Of a DNA stretch of 64,000 bases, positions 60,637-64,000 are shown in pieces. This stretch comes from Pyrinomonadaceae bacterium (lineage in GTDB: Bacteria > Acidobacteriota > Blastocatellia > Pyrinomonadales > Pyrinomonadaceae), in assembly GCA_045807745.1 (NCBI GenBank), contig JBJMGT010000015.1:197948-261947 (forward strand), written 5' to 3'. Within the stretch, counting starts at the first letter, position 1; every line of letters starts with the position of its first letter. The position numbers and the translations under genes were made by a program. The notes beneath the pieces are model-generated. The model was not told the DNA's origin. It saw only the letters and a program-made list of their open reading frames with translations, and ran no database searches.

Positions 60637-62079
60637 TTAGCTATGCGCCAACGCCAGCACGGCTCCGTGCTCTAACAGCGCCTCGCGTTTCTCGATTGAA
60701 GTGGCTTCAGCATAGATACGCAAGACCGGCTCTGTGCCGGATTGACGAAAGAGCAGCCACGACTCATCCGCAAAGATGAGCTTTGTGCCGTCAAGCTGCT
60801 GCACATCCGTCACCGGATCATCGGCGACTTTAATGGGTGGTGCAGCGGCGAGTTGTTCAATGAGACTCTGCCCGCGCGCCACTTCAATATGCAGGTCGCG
60901 CCGGTCGTAGTAGAACGCGCCGAACTCGCGATGCAACTCCTTGACCATCTCAGACGGCGGCCGCCCCGCGCTGACGACGGCTTCAAGGAAGAGCAGCGAG
61001 TTGAGTATGCCGTCGCGCTCAGGGATGTGCCCGCGCACGCCGATCCCGCCGGACTCTTCCGCGCCGATTAAAATATCTTCGCTGAGCATCAGGTCGGCGA
61101 CGTACTTGAAGCCGATGGGCGTCTCGTGCAGTGGCAAGCCGAGCGCAGCGGCGATGCGTTTGGTCAGGACGGATTGCGAGAAGGTGCGCACGACGCCGCC
61201 CTTCATGCCGCGCCGCCGCGCGAGGTGCAACAGCACGAGCGGCACAACCTCGTGCATCGTCATCGTCGCGCCCAACTCGTTGACCGCGCCCACGCGGTCT
61301 GCGTCGCCGTCAGTTGCTAAGCCCACAAGCGCGCGCTGTGTGCGCACGCGCTCCTTGAGCAGTGCAAGGTTGCGATCAATCGGTTCAGGATTAACGCCGC
61401 CAAAGAATGCGTCGCGCGCGGCGCGGATCGTTTCGACTTCGAGCGCCCCGCCTTGCAGAAAACTCTCGACCCAACGCCCGCCCGACCCGTGCATGGGATC
61501 GACCACGACCTGCGCGTGAACCGCACGCACGCGCTCAAGATCGACGTAGTCCGCGATCTGTGCTCGATAGCTCTCACTGGCTGCGGCCAAGCGGTCGTGC
61601 GCAGTATCGGGCAGAGTGCTACGTTGCGGCGGGCGCGCGTCAATTAATGATTCGACCGCAGCCGTTGTCTCTGCGGTCGCGCTGCCGCCCCATGGCGCTT
61701 TGATCTTAAAACCGTTGAACTCGGCCGGGTTGTGCGAGGCGGTGATGACGACGCCACCCGCCGCGTTCATATCGCGCACGGCCCAAGAGACCAAAGGCGT
61801 CGGCACATCGCGCTCAAACAGTTGCACGTCGAGTTGATTACCAGCGAACACCTCCGCCGCATGCGCTGCGAAGTGTTCGGAGAGAAAGCGGCGGTCATAG
61901 CCTACGACGACCGTCGGCGGCGACGTTTGTTCAGTTGTACTGTTGCGCTGTTTGGTTAGATAGTCGGCGTAGGCTTGCGCGACGCGCTCAAGATTGGCGT
62001 AGGTGAATTCGTGCGCCATGATGGCGCGCCAGCCGTCAGTGCCAAAGCGTATGGGCGGCGCGGGCGAGCGCTGGCTCAT
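60637..62079 (-). CDS. alpha-D-phosphohexomutase family protein (phosphomannomutase/phosphoglucomutase)
   Basis: FGTDGWRA N-terminal motif. Active-site Ser loop TASHNPAEFNGFK. Confidence 0.85.
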   Translation of the reverse strand: MSQRSPAPPIRFGTDGWRAIMAHEFTYANLERVAQAYADYLTKQRNSTTEQTSPPTVVVGYDRRFLSEHFAAHAAEVFAGNQLDVQLFERDVPTPLVSWAVRDMNAAGGVVITASHNPAEFNGFKIKAPWGGSATAETTAAVESLIDARPPQRSTLPDTAHDRLAAASESYRAQIADYVDLERVRAVHAQVVVDPMHGSGGRWVESFLQGGALEVETIRAARDAFFGGVNPEPIDRNLALLKERVRTQRALVGLATDGDADRVGAVNELGATMTMHEVVPLVLLHLARRRGMKGGVVRTFSQSVLTKRIAAALGLPLHETPIGFKYVADLMLSEDILIGAEESGGIGVRGHIPERDGILNSLLFLEAVVSAGRPPSEMVKELHREFGAFYYDRRDLHIEVARGQSLIEQLAAAPPIKVADDPVTDVQQLDGTKLIFADESWLLFRQSGTEPVLRIYAEATSIEKREALLEHGAVLALAHS

Positions 62080-63122
62080 TGACTGTTACCAGCCTTGGTG
62101 TAGTCGGTCAGAGAGGTCTTGTCGCCGAGCACCGCGCCGAGGCTGACCTGCACGGCGCGCCCTATGTGACAGCCGCGCCCGATGATCGCGCCGTCCAGAT
62201 GTGCGTCGGCATAGATGCGCGTGTGCGCCCACACGACCGAGTTCTCGATCCGCGCGCGCTCGTCCACGTAACAGCCTTGTCCGAGCACGGAGTTGATGAG
62301 CTGCGCGCCGGGTTTGATGATGCAGCCGTCAGCGATCATCGAACGGTCGTCCACCTCGGCCGAGGTGGCGAGATCGAAATCGCCGCGTCGTTCCAACAGG
62401 CGCACGTGCCCGACGCGATCCGCCAACAGATCATGATGCACTTGCAGGTAGCGCGCGGGCGTGCCGATGTCGATCCAGTAAGTCTTATCGGGTACGTGCG
62501 CGTAGAAGGGTTCGCCACGCTTCAGGAGATCGGGAAAGAGATTGTACTCAAACGAATAATCCTCGTTCGCGGGGATGAGATCGAGGAGGCGCGGCTCAAG
62601 AATATATGTGCCGGCGTTAATCGTGTTCACGCTGATCTCGTCAGCCTTTGGCTTCTCCAGAAAACGACGCACGCGACCATCGTCTTCGGTCTCAACTAAC
62701 CCGTAAGCGCTCGGATTCTCGACCGGCGCAAGCACGATGGTCGCCGCCGCCTGCCGCTCTTCATGCTGCCGCAGCACAGCTTCCAACTCAAGGTCGGTCA
62801 GAATGTCGCCGTTGAAGACGACCGTGCGCTCGCGGATCAGTTCTTCGGCGAACTTGTACGCGCCCGCCGTGCCCATCGGCTGCGGCTCGGTCATGTACTT
62901 GATCTTGACGCCGTACTCCGAGCCGTCACCAAGCAGTTGCTCGATCTTGAACGGCTGGTACGAGAGCGAGAGCGTAATGTTGGTAATACCGGCCCGCCGC
63001 AGCGTGTCGATCTGGTAGAGCAGAAATGAGCGATTGCAGATCGGCACAACCGGCTTCGGTGTGTAGACCGTGAGCGGTCTGAGCCGCGTCCCCTTGCCGC
63101 CCGCGAGAATCAGTGCTTGCAT
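62076..63122 (-). CDS. NDP-sugar pyrophosphorylase (mannose-1-phosphate guanylyltransferase-like) with a C-terminal left-handed beta-helix
   Basis: N-terminal MQALILAGGKGTRLRPLT nucleotidyltransferase signature. C-terminal hexapeptide-repeat region. The start overlaps the phosphohexomutase stop by 4 nt. Confidence 0.75.
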   Translation of the reverse strand: MQALILAGGKGTRLRPLTVYTPKPVVPICNRSFLLYQIDTLRRAGITNITLSLSYQPFKIEQLLGDGSEYGVKIKYMTEPQPMGTAGAYKFAEELIRERTVVFNGDILTDLELEAVLRQHEERQAAATIVLAPVENPSAYGLVETEDDGRVRRFLEKPKADEISVNTINAGTYILEPRLLDLIPANEDYSFEYNLFPDLLKRGEPFYAHVPDKTYWIDIGTPARYLQVHHDLLADRVGHVRLLERRGDFDLATSAEVDDRSMIADGCIIKPGAQLINSVLGQGCYVDERARIENSVVWAHTRIYADAHLDGAIIGRGCHIGRAVQVSLGAVLGDKTSLTDYTKAGNSQ

Positions 63123-63240
63123 ATCGAGTTAACGTTTATATCCGAATTGATTTGTCCATGTGTATGTCGAGCTTACATGCGCGCGAGTCTAACACTCGCG
63201 CCGCGCGCTTTCAACGCGCACACAACGGCAAAGCGCTTGC

Positions 63241-63268
63241 TTGACACTCATAGGTGCGAACGTATAAT
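63241..63268 (+). promoter_or_regulatory. near-consensus sigma70 promoter upstream of the thiolase gene
   Basis: TTGACA (63241-63246), a 16-nt spacer, then TATAAT (63263-63268). Confidence 0.55.
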
Positions 63269-63282
63269 CAAATTAACAGTAA

Positions 63283-63356
63283 CGAGTAACAAGTGACGAG
63301 TGACAAGCTAAGGACAAGTCTTTGCCTCGTCATGCGTCACTTGTTACTTGTCACTG
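63283..63356. repeat. second copy of the GTGACAA-type heptamer hairpin element, in the thiolase 5' leader
   Basis: cgagtaacaagtgacgagtgacaag...cctcgtcatgcgtcacttgttacttgtcactg is followed by gcttttat, then SD GAGGTG, then ATG 63375. It is ~85% identical in its arms to the 12807-12878 element. Confidence 0.7.
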
Positions 63357-63374
63357 CTTTTATGAGGTGTGAAC

Positions 63375-64000
63375 ATGGCAGAAAGTAGGGAAGCCGTCAT
63401 CATCAGCGCGGTGCGGACGCCGACGGGGAAATTTTTAGGCGCGTTGAAGAATTTTGCCGCGACTGAACTGGGTGCGCTCGTGGTGCGCGAGAGTGTGCGG
63501 CGCGCGGGCGTCAAGCCGGAAGAGATTGACGAAGTGATCATGGGCTGCGTTGTGCAGGCGGGACTAGGGCAGAACCCTGCGCGCCAGGCGGCGTTGAAAG
63601 GCGGCATCCCGTTTGGCGTCTCGGCCGTGACGATCAACAAAGTCTGCGGCTCAGGGTTGAAGGCGGTGATGATGGCTGCGCAGGGTGTGCAGTTGGGCGA
63701 CTCGGAGATCGTAGTCGCGGGCGGGATGGAGTCGATGTCGAACGCGCCGTACCTACTGCCGAAGGCGCGCGAAGGTTATCGCATGGGCAACGTCCAGATG
63801 ATCGATGCGATGATCCACGATGGGTTGTGGTGCGCGTTCGAGAATTATCACATGGGGCACACGGGCGAAGTCGTTGCGGAACGTTACGGCGTCAACCGGG
63901 CGGAGCAAGACGAGTACGCGTACAACTCGCATCGCAAAGCGGCGGCGGCGATTGCGGCTGGCAAATTCAAAGATGAGATTTTGCCCGTTGAAATACCACA
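63375..64000 (+). CDS. acetyl-CoA C-acetyltransferase (thiolase II), 3'-partial
   Basis: [20 protein letters not shown]...[12 protein letters not shown] matches the thiolase N-terminal domain and the active-site Cys region. The ORF runs off the window end. Confidence 0.85.
   Translation, partial: MAESREAVIISAVRTPTGKFLGALKNFAATELGALVVRESVRRAGVKPEEIDEVIMGCVVQAGLGQNPARQAALKGGIPFGVSAVTINKVCGSGLKAVMMAAQGVQLGDSEIVVAGGMESMSNAPYLLPKAREGYRMGNVQMIDAMIHDGLWCAFENYHMGHTGEVVAERYGVNRAEQDEYAYNSHRKAAAAIAAGKFKDEILPVEIP

Overview
This is a high-GC (~62-65%) bacterial chromosomal segment with several lower-GC islands, most plausibly from a Gram-negative environmental lineage (Acidobacteria-like is a low-confidence guess). 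Domain, family and product calls throughout are motif recognition from memory; no search was run.

The centre of the window (12.8-28.6 kb, minus strand) is a respiratory complex I operon in the order nuoA-B-C-D-E-F-G-H-J-K-L-M-[TlpA-like thioredoxin]-N. Three things about it are unusual:
- There is no nuoI between nuoH and nuoJ.
- A thiol-disulfide oxidoreductase gene sits between nuoM and nuoN, translationally coupled to nuoN.
- NuoL carries a ~150 aa His/Asp-rich and Gly/Ala/Glu-rich low-complexity insertion.

The operon's intercistronic gaps hold a family of long, near-perfect hairpins. Each arm is 3-4 tandem copies of a locus-specific heptamer (GGATGAA, GGAATGC, GTGCTGA, TTGTCCG, GTGACAA). 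Several of them abut start codons that lack a Shine-Dalgarno sequence. A related copy sits in the 5' leader of a thiolase gene at 63.3 kb.

Other content:
- A 4-gene operon on the plus strand: ATP-grasp-like ligase, PilZ, DUF, YbdK/GCS2 ligase.
- A tightly coupled oxidative operon on the minus strand: GST-cytochrome P450 fusion, a TM protein with an internally duplicated domain, and a DyP-type peroxidase.
- A low-GC islet with a zinc-ribbon mini-protein, a membrane protein and palindromic direct repeats.
- A ThiS-like carrier with a post-GG extension.
- A flotillin/SPFH-like protein.
- Two giant secreted multidomain proteins: a 1773 aa S53 sedolisin with Big/NHL/Calx-beta/DUF4214 modules, and a 2572 aa protein with lamin-tail and Big_2 domains containing ~1.42 kb intragenic tandem repeats.
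- A CadC-like transmembrane regulator and thiG.
- A YitJ-like bifunctional homocysteine methyltransferase/MTHFR gene with a promoter plus terminator-like leader.
- An S9B peptidase, fpg/mutM, a class A beta-lactamase, a phosphohexomutase, an NDP-sugar pyrophosphorylase, and a partial thiolase.

The best candidate for a new system is a compositionally atypical cassette at 49.5-52.1 kb. It encodes a small Sec-secreted peptide with two GIIWTG repeats flanking a Pro7 tract, divergently transcribed from a TPR / Fis-type HTH / C-terminal receiver regulator. The peptide gene lies immediately upstream of the giant LTD protein gene. This looks like a peptide-signalling module in the manner of RNPP-type systems.

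No rRNA, tRNA, CRISPR array or IS element was recognised. The six-frame track translates GTG and TTG starts as M. Several ORF starts were re-placed accordingly, for example nuoD and nuoC, whose annotated N-termini translate hairpin repeats.
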